Shown: positions 11,889 through 25,422 of the stretch, piece after piece
How positions within the stretch are numbered: position 1 is the first letter of the stretch
Layout of the letters: each line of letters opens with the position of its first letter
Source of the DNA: Azolla caroliniana
Lineage: Eukaryota > Plantae > Polypodiophyta
DNA: 64,000 bases
Assembly (NCBI GenBank): GCA_043228905.1
Contig: JBHGNT010000001.1
Location: 21,824,001 to 21,888,000 of the forward strand
Reading direction: 5' to 3'
Made by a program: the position numbers and the translations under genes
Notes under the pieces: model-generated
What the model was told of the DNA's origin: nothing
What the model saw: the letters and a program-made list of their open reading frames with translations, nothing else
Database searches by the model: none

Positions 11889-14800
11889 AGTTGAGTAAAG
11901 CGCGGAATATTGCTCGGCCACAACCGAGACTTGAACACTTCGATGAGAATGGAGAACACAGAAATGGGAACTAAAAAGTGAACACAAGATGTTTACGTGG
12001 AAAACCCTAATAGGGAAAAACCACGGGAGCCCACAGACTCCGAACTATCACTATGAAGAGAAGTATAAAATCAGAGACTCGTAGGCAACGACCTCGAGCT
12101 CTTTATCTTCGCCAACCGGCGGTTACAACAAAGTATCTCTCTGTATCTCACACTCTCTCTTTGTCGCTCTCACTGTACAACAGTTACAACCATATAACAA
12201 CTACAACCTTACAAAGTGATTGCCCTAAGTCATATTTATACTTATATAACCTTAGGGCTATTTACAAATATAGCCTCAATAGGCTTACTCAAAACATATT
12301 TACAGATATGTCTTCTCTTCCAGTTCTCACTGGCTCTCTTCCGGATCTCTTCCGGTTCTCACCGGGTCCTCTTTATTCATCACCAGATCCCATCCAGAGA
12401 GACTGATTTCCCAACAATCTCCCCCTTCACTCTGGCATGGGATATCTTGTTAGCCCGATCCACTTTCGACACGCAACCAGCTTGTCGGTTGTCAAGACCA
12501 TGGTCAGCATGTCCAACCCATTCTCCTTCGTGTGGATCTTCCTCAGCACGAACTCTTGATCTTCTACTCTCTCCCGGATCCAGTGGTACCTCCGTTGGAT
12601 ATGTTTCATCCGGGAATGGTAGGCCGCGTTCTTTGCAAGGTGGATTGCTCTCTTCCAGTGCTCTCTTGACCGCGTTCCAGTGCTCTCTTCCGGGATTGCT
12701 CATGAACCGGCTCACCACTCCGACTGCATATCCGATATCCGGCCGGGTACATACCATCGCGTACATCAAGCTCCCGACGGCAGAGGCATATGGTATCTTC
12801 ATCATATCCTTCTTCTCTACCTTTGTCCTTGGGCTTTGTTTTTCGGATAGCTTGCAGTTTGCTGGAAGTGTCGATCCGACTGGTTTCACTTTCAACATGT
12901 TGAACCGTTGAAGCACCTTTGTCACATACTGCTCCTTTGACAAACACAACTTCTTCGACCGGTCCTGGATGATGTACATTCCCAATATCTGTCTTTCCGC
13001 CCCCAAGTCTTTCATTGAGACGGTCTGGTTCAGAGCCTTCTTCAGCATCAGAATCTTGCCTTGGTCTTGTCCGACGATCAGCATATCATCCACATACAAG
13101 AGGAGTATCAGGAAATCGCCTCCATCAAATTTCTTCACAAACACACAGTGATCAGCCTATGTCTTGTGGTACCCTTGGTCGGTCATGAAGGAGTCTAACA
13201 TCCAGTACCATTGCCGGGGAGCTTGCTTCAGTTCGTATAGGCTCTTCTTCAACCGGCACACTAGGTGTTCCATCCCTTTCCTTTCAAATCCTTCCGGTTG
13301 ATGCATGTAGATCTCTTCTTTGAGGTCGCCATGTAAGAATCTCGTCTTAACGTTTAGTTGCTCTACCTCGAGGTCCATGCTTGCTGCTATGCCCAATACC
13401 GTCCGGATGGATGTCATCTTTACTACCGGGGCAAAGATCTCATCGAAATCCACTCCTTTCTTCTGCTAGAATCCCTTCACCACGATTCGGGCCTACTTGT
13501 ATGGTGGATTTCCGGCATCCCTTGGTTTCAACTTGTACACCCACTTGTTCCGGAGTGCTCTCTTACCTTTCGGCAACTCCGTCAGTTCATATGTGTGGTT
13601 CTCATGTAGGGAATCCATCTCATCCTGCATGGCACTCAACCACTTGCGGTTGTGGGTGTCTCTCTTTGCTTCTTCGAAGCTTTCTAGCTCCCCCTCATCG
13701 GTTAGCAACACATGCTCTGCATCCGGAAATCTCCGGGGGCTCTTCCCTCTTGGAGAGGATATCTCCGTCCCTGGTTTCTGATTGTCGGTTCCTCCATTTG
13801 TTCCTCATCCAAATCCAATTCGGGATCTTGTCTGGTTCCAGTGTCTTCTTCTTCTTCTTCTTCTTCTTGGGTCAGTTTAGTTTCTTGTTCATATCCGGCC
13901 GGTTCGTCGAGTGTCATCCAGTTACCGACTAGAGTCCGGTTTTCAACCGGGTAAGTCCTTGTGTCCTCCAACCAGTTTCCAATGAATGATCTGGAGTTCA
14001 TCACCTTCTCTAACTCCCAGTCGGCAATGTTCCTGTCTTCCATGAAGATTATGTCCCGACTCCGGAACACCTTCTTGTCGACTAGATCCCACACTCGGTA
14101 ACAAAACTCATCATCGTCGTATCCAAGGAATATGCATGGCATGGACTTCGGATCTAGCTTTGTTCTCTTGTCCTTTGCAACATGCACATATGCGAGACAC
14201 CCGAACACCTTCAGATGCTGGTAAGATACATCTTTACCGGTCCATACTTTCTGAGGTGAGTCTCCTTCCAAGGGTGCTAAGGGTGATCTATTTATCACAT
14301 AGGTCGCCGTCTTGGGTAACTTTGCATGTGCTAGCATGCTCCAGACTCTCTCCATTATGGTCTGGTTCATTCTTTCGGCCAGCCCATTTAGTTTCGGCGT
14401 CTTTGGCATAGTAAACTCAAGCTGGATTCCCTTTGACCGATGGTACTCCTCGAACTGCCCCCGGTATTCTCCTCCGTTATCTGCTCGAACCGCCTTCAGC
14501 TTCCGGTTGGTTTCTCTTTCCACTCTCGCGTGGAGCTCCTTGAAGATGGATAGCACCTGATCCTTCGTCTTCAATGGTGAGACCCACAACTTCAAGCTAT
14601 GGTCATCTATGTGCGTCACGAAGTACTGCGATCCGGCATGTGACTTCGTGTCCACTTGACACACATCAGTATGCACCAGCTCCAGTGGTGCATTCCATCT
14701 CATCGGTGGTCTTGACCGAAAGGAGGTTCAGTTTTGCTTGCCAGCCAAGCAATTGGTGCACTTCTCAAGTTGTACGTCCTTCACCAGAATGAGGTTGTCT

Positions 14801-16749
14801 TCGGCAAGCCTCTTCATCCCCTTCTCACTCATGTGACACAGTCTTTTGTGCCACAGCTCACCGGCAATGTCGAATGCTATGTTCACTTCTTCCCGGCATA
14901 TCCGGGCATGCATCAAGTACAGTGTGTTGACCTTCCGGGCTCGAGCCACTATGAGACTCCCTTTGCTAAACTTCATGACTCCATTCTGGATGCTACCCAT
15001 GTAGCGTTCATCATCTAGCCGACCGGCTGATATTAGGTTCAATCGAACCTCCGGAACGTGTCGAACATCCTTAAGCAACAACTTGCATCCGGTTGATGTC
15101 GTCAACAACACATCTCCTATGCCGACAATTTGGCATGTACCTTCATTCCCCATCCGGACACAACCATGACCATCGGTTGCGTAGGATGAGAAGCATTTCC
15201 GGTCTAGTGTCAGGTGGAACGACGCACCAGAATCGACAACCCACATTGTTTCGTCGCTGACAAGGTTTAACTCATTCTCTTCGGGAATGAGCATCCGTTC
15301 TTTTTCACTTGTCATGATCGCCGACGTTCCCTTCCAATCCAGGCCTCTCCAGTCTGAACCATTTCGGTCCGAACTCTTCTTCGAATTGGTGGTGTCGGTT
15401 TCTTTCTATTTCCGGAAATGCCAACAGTTCTTCTGGAAGTGCCCCGGCTTCCCACAGTAGAAGCAAGTAGGCCTCCCCCTTGACTTCGACCTCGTCCCCA
15501 ACTTGTCCCGGTTTTTGGGACTCTGATATCGGTCTGTTCCCCTGTTGTGATCATCTTCTGTGACTAAGGCCTTCGGATCGGTTCCGGACTCCCGGTCCTT
15601 CCGTCGAGCTTCTTCATCTCGCAAGCTTGATTTTACCCTTGCTAGGGATAGTTGTTTTCCTTCCTGCCCGGCGTTGCCCAACGTGACAACTAATGTCTCC
15701 CAGCTGTTCAAGAGGGAACCGAGCAGGAGCAATGCAAGTACCTCATCGGTGAGAGGTACTTCCAACGAGGTTGCCTAGCGTATTAGCCCCTGGAAGGTAT
15801 TCATGTGCTCTGCCATACTGGAGTTGTCTTGGTATCGAAGCCTCACTAGCTTCCGGAATACCGAAACCCGATTAACGGCATTCTTGTTCTAGAACATGAT
15901 GCCGATCTGCTCCTAGAGTTCATGAGCCTTGCTCTCTTCATTGAAGTTGTTGTACAGGCTCATGTCGATGAAGCACCGAATGTATGCTGTCGTTTTCATG
16001 TGCATCACCTCCCACATTGTGGCGTCGATCTTATCCGGTTTCTTGTCCCCGAACTGAACTGGCAACTAAAGATCTTTAACTACCATCATATCCCTCATCT
16101 TCGACTTCCACACTGAGTTGTTGAAGCCGGTGAGCTTGAACATGCCATTGAACGATTCTTCCATTTCCTGTGTTGTTCTCTCTAATACCACTTGTCGAGG
16201 ATTAACGCGGAATATTGCTCGGCCACAACCGAGGCTTGAATCACTTCTATGAGAATGAAACACTGAAATGGGAAATGGAGAGTACATAAAATGTTTACGT
16301 GGAAAACCCTAATAGGGAAAAACCACGGGAACCCACAGACTCCGAACTATCACTATGAAGAGAAGTGTACAATCAGAGACTCGTAGACAACGACCTCGAG
16401 CTCTGTATCTTTGCCAACCGGCGGTTACAACTGAGTATCTCTCTGTATCTCACACTCTCTCTCTTTCTGTCGCTCTCATTGTACAACAGTTACAACAGTA
16501 TAACAACTACAACCTTACAAAGTGATTGCTCTAAGTCATATTTATACTTATATGAACTTAGGGCTATTTACAAATATAGCCTCAATAGGCTTACTCAAAA
16601 CATATTTACAGATATGTCTTCTCTTCCAGTTCTCACAGGCTCTCTTCCGGTTCTCACCGGGTCTCCTCCGGTTTCCGGATCTCTTCGGTTCTCACCAGGT
16701 CCTCTTTATTCATCGCCGGATCCCATCCGGAGAGACCGATTTCCCAACA
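11889..16749 (-). mobile_element. Ty1/copia 'B' (second lineage), inserted in the 3' LTR of copia A
   Basis: LTRs ~11889-12416 and 16193-16749; PBS TGGTATTAGAGA at 16179-16190; PPT next to 12416. Motifs CFYCGKPGHFQKNC, WVVDSGAS, ADNGGEY, LYVDD. Degenerate TSD GATCG/AATCA (two G>A). Part of RNase H is deleted. Confidence 0.9.
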
Positions 16750-19700
16750 AATCAATATCCGAAAACAAGAGCCGGATCGGGGAGACAGATCAAAGAGCCG
16801 GATTCGAGTGCAAACCGGAAGCCTAGTAGTAGCCTAGACTATTAGGTAAGCATTGTCTCGTAGTTAGGGTCAGTCGCACGTAGCAATATTGAAGTACCTG
16901 TCAGTACTTCTGTTAGTCCTTTATGGACTTGTATAAAAGTGCTCTTTGAGCACATTCTATGTACACAGAGTATTGTCATTAATTTGAATTAAGTTTATGT
17001 TCTGCTCTCTCTATCTCTCTCTCCCATGCGTATTCTCTATGTTAAGTTCTCCATTAAACCTTTTCTCATTTTTTGTTGCTATCCGGCTAAGCCGGTTTGT
17101 CTAACGCTTCCACACGCTAACTTTCACAGTAGGGATTCGACTTCTTTGATAATGGCCTACAATCCGGAAGCTAATGGCAAAGTGGAAAGAGGACATGGGC
17201 CAATAGTTAAAGTTTTCGCAAAGGCATGTAAAGGATGGGTCAATGATAAGCCAAAAATGTTACCATATGCATTATGGGCCGACAGAACAACTCACAACAG
17301 TGTTACCGGATATATGCCTGCAAAACTGATACTTGGACAAAAGCCAATAATGCCAATTGAAGAAAAGATAGCTACATGGGTTGTGTTGCCTTGGGAATCA
17401 AAAATTAGTTGGGAGGATTTACTTGCCACCCGAATTCGAAAACTTGAGTCCAAGACAAAAGACGTAGAAAAAGCAACTAGTAGATTGAAAGAAGCTAGAA
17501 CCAAGAACAAGGATTGGTTTGACAAGCTAAAAAGAATCTGTCCAAGAAAGGTGAAAGAGGGGGACTGGGTATTAGTACATGACAATAGGCTGGATAATCA
17601 ACATAGTACTAAGCGCAAGTTCGCAAAAGGATGGTTCGAACCTTATGAAGTTAGAAAAATAGCAAATAAGGCAACATATTTCCTCAACGAATTAGATGGG
17701 ACAGAAATTCGTATCCCAATTGTAGGAAAAGGATTAGAATATTTAAAAGGAGGGAGTCACTAGAGCTCGAATTTTATGAAGAAGAAGAAGAACTAAAAGA
17801 ATCGGAAGAAGTGTTGGATGAACTTTGCACAACCAATGTGCAAGTTTAGAGGGGGTGGATGTCGTGAAGGAATTGCTTCACGATATAAAAATAAACGCGA
17901 ATATTATATTAAGTAACATTTAAGAGACTTGAACCCATAACCTTGTATACCAAGTATAAAACACATACCATTAGGATAAGTTATATTTTATAATTATATT
18001 TTTGTCATCACAGTTATGCCATGCTATTTTTCATACATGGGAGCTTAGATGAGCATTTGGCGCACATGCTATTTAATGCATGTAAAATGCATGTGCGCCA
18101 AATGGCGATCATGCATCACGTGCATTACATGCACCTTCACATCATCGTATGCATGAGTGTACCAATAAATAAATGAAGGAAGCAATCAATGAGGGGGGCA
18201 ATCAATTAAGAGAAAGTTAGAAAATCAAACAAGTTAGCTTTGCAAAGAGTTTTATGTTTTGAAGTTGGAGTGAAGGGTTCACATCGAGAGTTCGGCAAAA
18301 GAGAAGTCGCATCTTACGATCGAATATTGTAACTTTGGTAAAATCTTGTATTGTTAATTTAAATTTTGTTCTTATAATACATTTTCACTTTAATCATACA
18401 TTGTCCCTATTAGTATCTGTGCTCATCTCCCTCCCACAAATAATTTATTCTTCTTATCCTTGATGATAGGAATCATCTCCCTCCCAAAAATAATTTATTC
18501 TTCTTATCCTTAATGTTTCTAACATCTGTGTGCAAGCCTTATAAAAGTTTCTTCAACTCCCCTTAACCTTAGTCCCTGTGACTTCACTACATGAACCACA
18601 ACTACCCTGACAACGTTAGGTCAAGGGTGAGGGTGTGGAAGAGGGTAAAAGTGAGGGAATCGTGAATCATGACAGAAACTTGGTAAGGTGTGAGGGCGAA
18701 TTGTGAAATTGAATTGTGAGGGTGAGAGCGTGAAGATGAGGGTGAATCTAGTGGGTGAGCACGAGTGCAAGGATGGAGGGCCGCGACTGGAGGTCGCATA
18801 CCCTGAGGTTGGGCGGCTAAGAGTGGAGGGCCACCGTGGAGGTTACGCATCCTATTGTTTTCTCATTCTTGCGACCATCTCAATTTCTCAGTAGACTGTT
18901 GTAAGTCTATAAGGAAAACGAATATTGCCTATTATACGATGTCGTGAAGGATTCCGGCCATATGAGGAAACAAAGCCAAATGCCTGTGAATGTAGGTGTA
19001 CACCAGTGCACATCTTTTGTACAAACTTATGTAAATAGCATAGTAATGATAGGGTTTTTGGTGATTACTAGGAAAAAACGATTCGATAGGTACTTTAGTA
19101 CCACACGGATGGAGAGAATCGAGGGGAGATTTGCGAGAAAATCGATTATCATAAAGACGATGCAATGGCCTTCCCTTGTGCTATAAAAGGGGAGGCCTTG
19201 AACTATTTTGGGGATCTGAGATTTGGGAGGACGAAGCTCTGCCCGTTTGAGTGCCAAAGCTCTCCCTCCTCTCTCGGTACTGTGCTCTATACTAGGGAAC
19301 AAGAAGGTGAATCCTCTGCTCACGTTGGAAGCCCGCGTGCCCCCAACCAGAGGATCATCATTCTGTGTGTGGCGGTGTCTGTTGAGCTCAGACCTCCTTC
19401 CCGGTTGTACTCACTGCGTGTTCTGCACATAATCGAATCATGACTCATTGTTCTGACTCTATGTTCCTTCCTCATCTTTTTCGTTCTATTCTGTTTTGTT
19501 TGGTTCAATGTCTGTTTGGGTCCAAGTGATGTTAGGATCTTCCGAGGTCACATGCAAGTGGAGACAATCGGTTGGCTCCACTTCCCTTTTTCTTCCTCTA
19601 TGTTTGACTCCTTGGTTCAAGTCCCCCGTGGTTCTGCCCCATTTCTACGTATACACGCGGAAAAGCGTGAGATCTTTGGTGAACCCGACTTGAAGGAGGG

Positions 19701-22700
19701 CGGCAAAGGAGTCCTAAGATGAGAGGAACCAAACTCGTTGAAGCAATAGCAGTGGTTGTAGACTGCCTAGTTAACGCTCTCGAGGGCATGAGCACCCTTG
19801 ATAGGGCCATAGAAGCGACGGTCAACAAGATAGGCCGGTTTAATGGGAAAGACGCAACAAGCTACCTAGAGGCCTACACGGCTGAGATGCTGATGAGGAA
19901 TATTCCAGAGGACAAACGGCTATCCGGATTTCCTCAGGTCGTAACATCGAGCATCCATGCAGAGGTGCTCAAGTGCAAGCGGTCTGCCGTAATTGGGCAG
20001 AGTTCGAGGGGCGGTTGTTCGAGAAGTATGGCTTCGATGATTCTCTCCAGCTATCGAAGAAAGATTTCATGGATTGGGTCGAGAGCACCGGCAAAGGCCG
20101 GAACACATCAGTCGATTATTAGTGAGAAGATGACTCAGGAGGTGGAAAATTTTCTGTGGCTCTCCTTCAGGAGTTCGAGTCGCGATTCGCACCACTCTCA
20201 ACACTGGACCGGACCATGCTTGATACGAGAAAGGTTCTGTTGTTTGTTAAGTCGGTCGACTTGCTCGATCGCGATAATGTGGTTCTCATCTTGGAGACGG
20301 ACGAAGGGCTCACAATCGACTGGGTCGCGGTTAAAGGAGTATCCAGCTGTATCGACAAACGGCGATACTGGAAAAACGTGGGGCCATCAATAGTTGGTCC
20401 GACTGCAGAGACAAATGTTGAGTTGCCACCGACCCGAACGGAGGAAATGAGAAGGTGGCTCGAGTCGGGCCAGGTTCCAACCACCGTGGTCGTAGGACCA
20501 TCTGGGGGCGCGGCTCTAGAGGAGCTGACAAAGATGGTGCGCGATCTCCAAATCACTCAAGCCCGAAGGGACGGTGGAGGTCAATCGCGCGACCAATGAC
20601 CACCAGTTGACCAAAGGTGTATATGGTGTGATGCCGTTGGTCACGCCCGAAGAGACTACACCAACTTCGGCGGAGCGCTTAGGAGTAACGTGGTGTACCT
20701 TTGGAATGGTTAGGTGCACACGAGCAACACACGGAGGCCACTCGAAGTAAACACCGGACGAGGCGGCATGAAGGGGATAATGGAGGAGGCAATGGCACGT
20801 CATTTCGAGGCCATTCACTACTCAGCCTCGGTTGGCATCCGTGTGGGCGGAGAGAAAGCCACCGGCTCCAGGGCCTACTCCGGATTTTGGTTGGTAGTAC
20901 TAGAGGGCTTCCCCGGAAAGAAGCTGAAGAAGGAGGAACTGAACTGCTCAGAGAGGCAAGTTCGCAAAGTCACCGGATGGGGCGATCCGGTTGAGGAGAA
21001 GACCGGCTTCGTAGAAGCCGTGTGCAAGAACTACGAGGTTTTGGTCGACAACAAGCAGGCCGAAAGGCCGGAGGGGCAGGCCCTTCGGGGAGATACGACA
21101 CCCGGAGTGGACCCAAGAGAAATGATTCACAAGAGAAAGTAAAGGGGAAGTTCTCGAGCTTCCTATTAAGCTCGGAGATAGAGAAAACGACCGAGCTACG
21201 GAAGCTCCTGGAGGAGCGAATCCTCAATAGTCGCGTGGAACTCACGCTGCGGGAAGTGCTAGGAATAGTAAAGAAAGAGTTCCACAATGGCATCGTTGAT
21301 CTCGTAAAGAGGAAACAACTCGCGACAGAGCTAGAACCGGAGAAACCGATCAAAGTAAATGTGGCACTACTCGACGAGGTGGCTATGGAAGATGTGTTTA
21401 CCGAGAGCCACTACATGAAGCCGCATTTGGCGAGGGCGATGACGGAGACCCTAGTTTGGATCGGGGATGTGAAGGAACCGGTGGTGGCATTTATCAACCA
21501 TGGGTCGGAAATTAACCTAATGTCCATGGACTTTTATAAGAAGGGAAAATGGCCGATCAACACCAAGCACGGGTGGAAGATACACGCGGCTACGCGACCC
21601 ACGGAGGAGCTACACGGACCATGCCCAAATGTCTGTGTAAGGATCAGCGACGTTGAGATAGACCAACACTTCTTTGTGCAAGAAACATCCTCCCATCCGG
21701 TCATCCTAGGCGAACCCTACATCACAGTGGCTCGAATGGAGACCAAGGTGCTGGACAACGGCTCGGCATATTCGTTCTCACCAGGGGAGATCGGGTGCGT
21801 CGACCCAACTATTGTAGAACCAATGGTGATCTTCATGGTACCGCATGTGTCGTGGAGTATCAAGCTGATTCCGATACCAAGGGCTCACATCCTGAAATTG
21901 ATGGAGCTACTTAAGCAAAAAGTGGTGATGGGTATCCTTGAACCGTCAAGCGCCCCTTATTCCAATCGGTGGTTTACAGTGCCAAAGAAGAACAGCTCAC
22001 TACGCTTCATTCAGGACCTGCAACCGGTCAACAAGGTGACTATTCGAAATGCAGGTGTCAGACCAACGACTGACAAGTTCACGGAGGCCTTCGCCAAAAG
22101 GTCCATATACTCAGTCGGGAACTTATACTCAGGGTACGACCAGTTCCAACTAGCCGTCGAAAGCAGGGACATCACGACGATGCGAACCCCTCTTGGCCTA
22201 GTTCGGATGTGTACCCTACCACAGGGAGGGACCAATTCAATGGCACACATGGTGAATGCGATGAACGAAGTGTTGAGGTACTACATCCCGGAAATCACCA
22301 TGCCATTCCTGGATGACATTCCAATCAAGGGATGTTTGGAGGACACAAAGGACGAATCGATCGAAACAAACGGATGCGATAGGTTTGTCGTGGACCACAT
22401 CTCCAACTACAAGAAGATACTGCAGAGGCTCAAGGGTGCTCGGCTTACCTTCTCCGGGGAGAAGTTGGCTTTCGGACAACCGAAGATCCTAGTGGTCATC
22501 CACATGTGTGGTCCATACGGCCAGAAACCATCCCCGGCAAAGGTAGAAGCCATCTCAGCTATGAAGGAAGAATGCAAGTCAATAACCGAAGTCTGACGAT
22601 TCTTGGGGGCATGCGCCTTCTACCACATTTGGATTCCACACTACGCACATATCGCCAAGCCACTCTATGGCTTGCTGAAGAAAGGACAGAAATTCAAATG

Positions 22701-24747
22701 GAGCATAGAACACGCGGAGGCAGTCTAAAGACTAAAGGAGATGTTGACAGCTACACTGGCTCTCTAGAAAGCCGTATACAAGCCAGACACTCCGGTTTAC
22801 ATTACAGTGGACACAAGTCCAACCGAAATCGGGTGGGTCATAAATCAGGAAGATGAGAACGGCGCCCGGTTTCCCATCAGGTTCGGCGCAACGGTGCTAA
22901 GCGAGCGGCGGCGAGAATACGCCCAAGTTAAATGCGAGCTATGTGGTATCGTTTCAGTGGTTAAGGTCGACAAGGACTATTTAATCGGAACAGACGTAAT
23001 TATAGAGATGGACTGCTTACCAATTCTCGGTATGGTTTCCGGATGCATGACTCCAGACTTGGCGATGCTCAGATGCATTGCGTACATCAAGTCCCTGAAT
23101 CTAGAATTACGACATATCTCCGGGAAAGACAACGCCATGGCCGATATGCTTTCAAGAGCAAGGCTCGAAAACGAGGACGTCATGGTGTTGGAAAACGAAG
23201 AGGTTGGCGTGGACGTCTTCAAGTCGGCCCGAATGACGGCAAACAAGTGAAGCACTCTGCCCCTGAACGAGTTCAACTAGGACGACTACGATGGGGAGTG
23301 GCTTCTGATCGGAAGATTCCTAAGCATGATGATGACGAACGCGTCATGGACAAAAGAAGAAGCGAGTCGACTCCGGAAGAAAGCTTACAAATTCTTCCTA
23401 GGAGGTGGGAAAATCTGGCAGCATCCGAAGGACGTGCACCGCTTCGTGTCGACGTGCGAAAGCTGCCAGATGCACTCAGTGATCCGACACCGCGACGAGC
23501 TGCACCCGACTTACCTGCCAACCATACACTTCAAGTGGATGGTCGACTTGGTGACGATGCCAATGGGAGTAGGGCAGATGGGGTACCTAGTTCTTGCAAG
23601 GGAAGATCTGATGAACCAGGTGGAAGGTGGAGCATTGACGAACAAGACAATTGCGTCCGTATGCAAGTTCCTAATAGAGGATGTCATCTACAAATACGGG
23701 TGCATGGGAAAGATCGTGGCCGACTAGGGGAGATGGACGCGGAAGAGGCTGAAGAGCTATTTGGCCAACTAGGGGTCAAGTTGTCCCTCACGACGGCGTA
23801 CAACCTAGAGGCGAACGGGAAGATTGAGCGAGGGCACGGGCCGATCGTAAAAGATATAGTGCGCGCATGCGATGGGCAAGTAAGTAACTGGCCGAGGCTC
23901 CTACCTTACGCATTGTGGGTGGACTGAACTACGCACAGTTCAGTGATTGGGTACATGCCAACGGAGCTCATGTTTAGACAAAAACCAATCATGCCGGTTG
24001 AACGGACGATCACCTCATGGATGGCAGTCGATTGGACCAACAAGATGAGTCGGGAGGAGTTGTTGTCGGCAAGGATCTGACAACTCAAGCGGAGGCTTGA
24101 AGACGTCGAGCGAGCGACAGTGAGAACGGAGGAGGCACAGAAGAGAAACAAAGCCCGGTTCAATAGGATGCACCGGCTCTAGCCAAGGAAGATTGAGGAA
24201 GGTGACTGGGTGTTAGTCTACGACAGCAACCTCGACAACCAGCACCGATCCATCTGAAAGTTCGCGAAACGATGGTTCGGGCCGTACGCGGTGACCAACG
24301 CAAACGACAACACGACATACCACCTCACAGAGCTCGACGAGACAAGGATAGCAATACCAGTAGTGGGAAAGCGTATAAAGGCCTTCAAGAAGCAGCACGA
24401 AGCGGAACCAAACCCGGCGTTTGAGACCGAAGGCGACGGTTCGAATGAAGAGGACAAGTAAAGACTGGCCCCGAACCCTCCACTCCTTCGCTACCTAGCA
24501 CATTCCAAAGGATGTGCGGTTTGGTGGGGTTGGATGTTGTGAAGGATTCCGGCCATATGAGGAAACGAAGCTGGATGCGTGTGAATGCAGGTGTGCACAA
24601 GTGCACGTCTTTTGTACAAACTTATGTAAATAGCATAATAATGATAGGGTTTTTGGTGATTAATAGGAAAGAATGATTCGATAGGTACTTTAGTACCACA
24701 CGGATGGAGAGAATCGAGGGGAGATCTGTGAGAAAATCGATTATTAT

Positions 24748-25422
24748 TAGCAATGGGCCCGGTTCGGTTTCGGTTCAGTTCGGTTTCTTGGCCTTGAAAC
24801 CAAACCAAACCATTTATTTATAATAAAATCCAAACCAAACTATTTACGGAAATTTTAGAACCAAACCAAACTGGTTTATCAAAAATCAAGACCAAACCAA
24901 ATCATTTTTTTGAGATATTGATTATCATACATATTATGAATTTATGTGAGAAAATCATCATAAATTTGGTCATCATACTTACCATAAATTTAGTTATCAC
25001 ACTTATTATAAATTTGGTCATCATACCTTTCCTAAATTTAGTCATCATACATATTATAAATTTGGTCATCATACTTATCATAAATTTGATAATCATTCAT
25101 CAAAAGGACACTCTACTTATAATGTACATATATAAAATTTAATAAGTTAGAGCCTAGAGGTTAAAAGTTGAAAGTTAGCATAGAGGTGAAAATTTAGGAA
25201 TATTTTTTTACCTATAAACCTATAAACCTTTAAACCTTTAAACCAAACCACAAAAACCAAAACCGCTAAACCATGAAATTCAAAACCGAACCGAACCGAA
25301 ACCAAACCGGATCATAACATTTGAAACCAAACCAAACGGTTTATTTATTTATGAACCAATAAACCGTTAATCCACGGTTTAATGGTTCGGTTCAGTTTGA
25401 GCCAAAATCGGGCCCATTGCTA
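24748..25422. mobile_element. hAT-type MITE (675 bp)
   Basis: 14-bp perfect TIR TAGCAATGGGCCCG; 8-bp TSD ATTATTAT/ATTATCAT; subterminal AAACC(G)/GGTTC repeats. The empty site is visible in the G4 5' LTR (~19150). Confidence 0.92.
24955..25095. repeat. ~24-bp AT-rich minisatellite (about 6 copies) inside the MITE
   Basis: Unit approximately ATAAATTTGGTCATCATACTTATT. Confidence 0.85.

Larger units (their letters stand above)
6297..17128 (+). mobile_element. Ty1/copia 'A', full length, decayed; TSD GTAGG
   Basis: GTAGG at 6292-6296 and 17129-17133. 5' LTR 6297-6718; PBS TGGAATCAGAGC (tRNA-iMet, 1 mismatch) 6719-6730; gag-PR-IN-RT(YVDD)-RH relic 6812-11800. 3' LTR 11795-11888 + 16750-17128, split by copia B. 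Confidence 0.93.
6265..18591 (+). mobile_element. Older AT-rich Ty3/gypsy 'G3': integrase C-half (6265-6296 + 17129-~17810), PPT and 3' LTR (17860-18591); split by copia A
   Basis: EAQDFFDKVG|IRL..AYNPEANGKVERGHGPIVK..LPYALWADRTT is continuous across the copia A insertion and homologous to the G4 integrase. PPT AGAGGGGGTGGA precedes TGTCGTGAAG...CTTCACTACA. Confidence 0.8.

Noticed and set aside
24902-25142. Overlapping antiparallel ORFs with repeats (MMTKFII / IINLVII)
   Set aside because: By-products of the 24-bp AT-rich minisatellite within the MITE.
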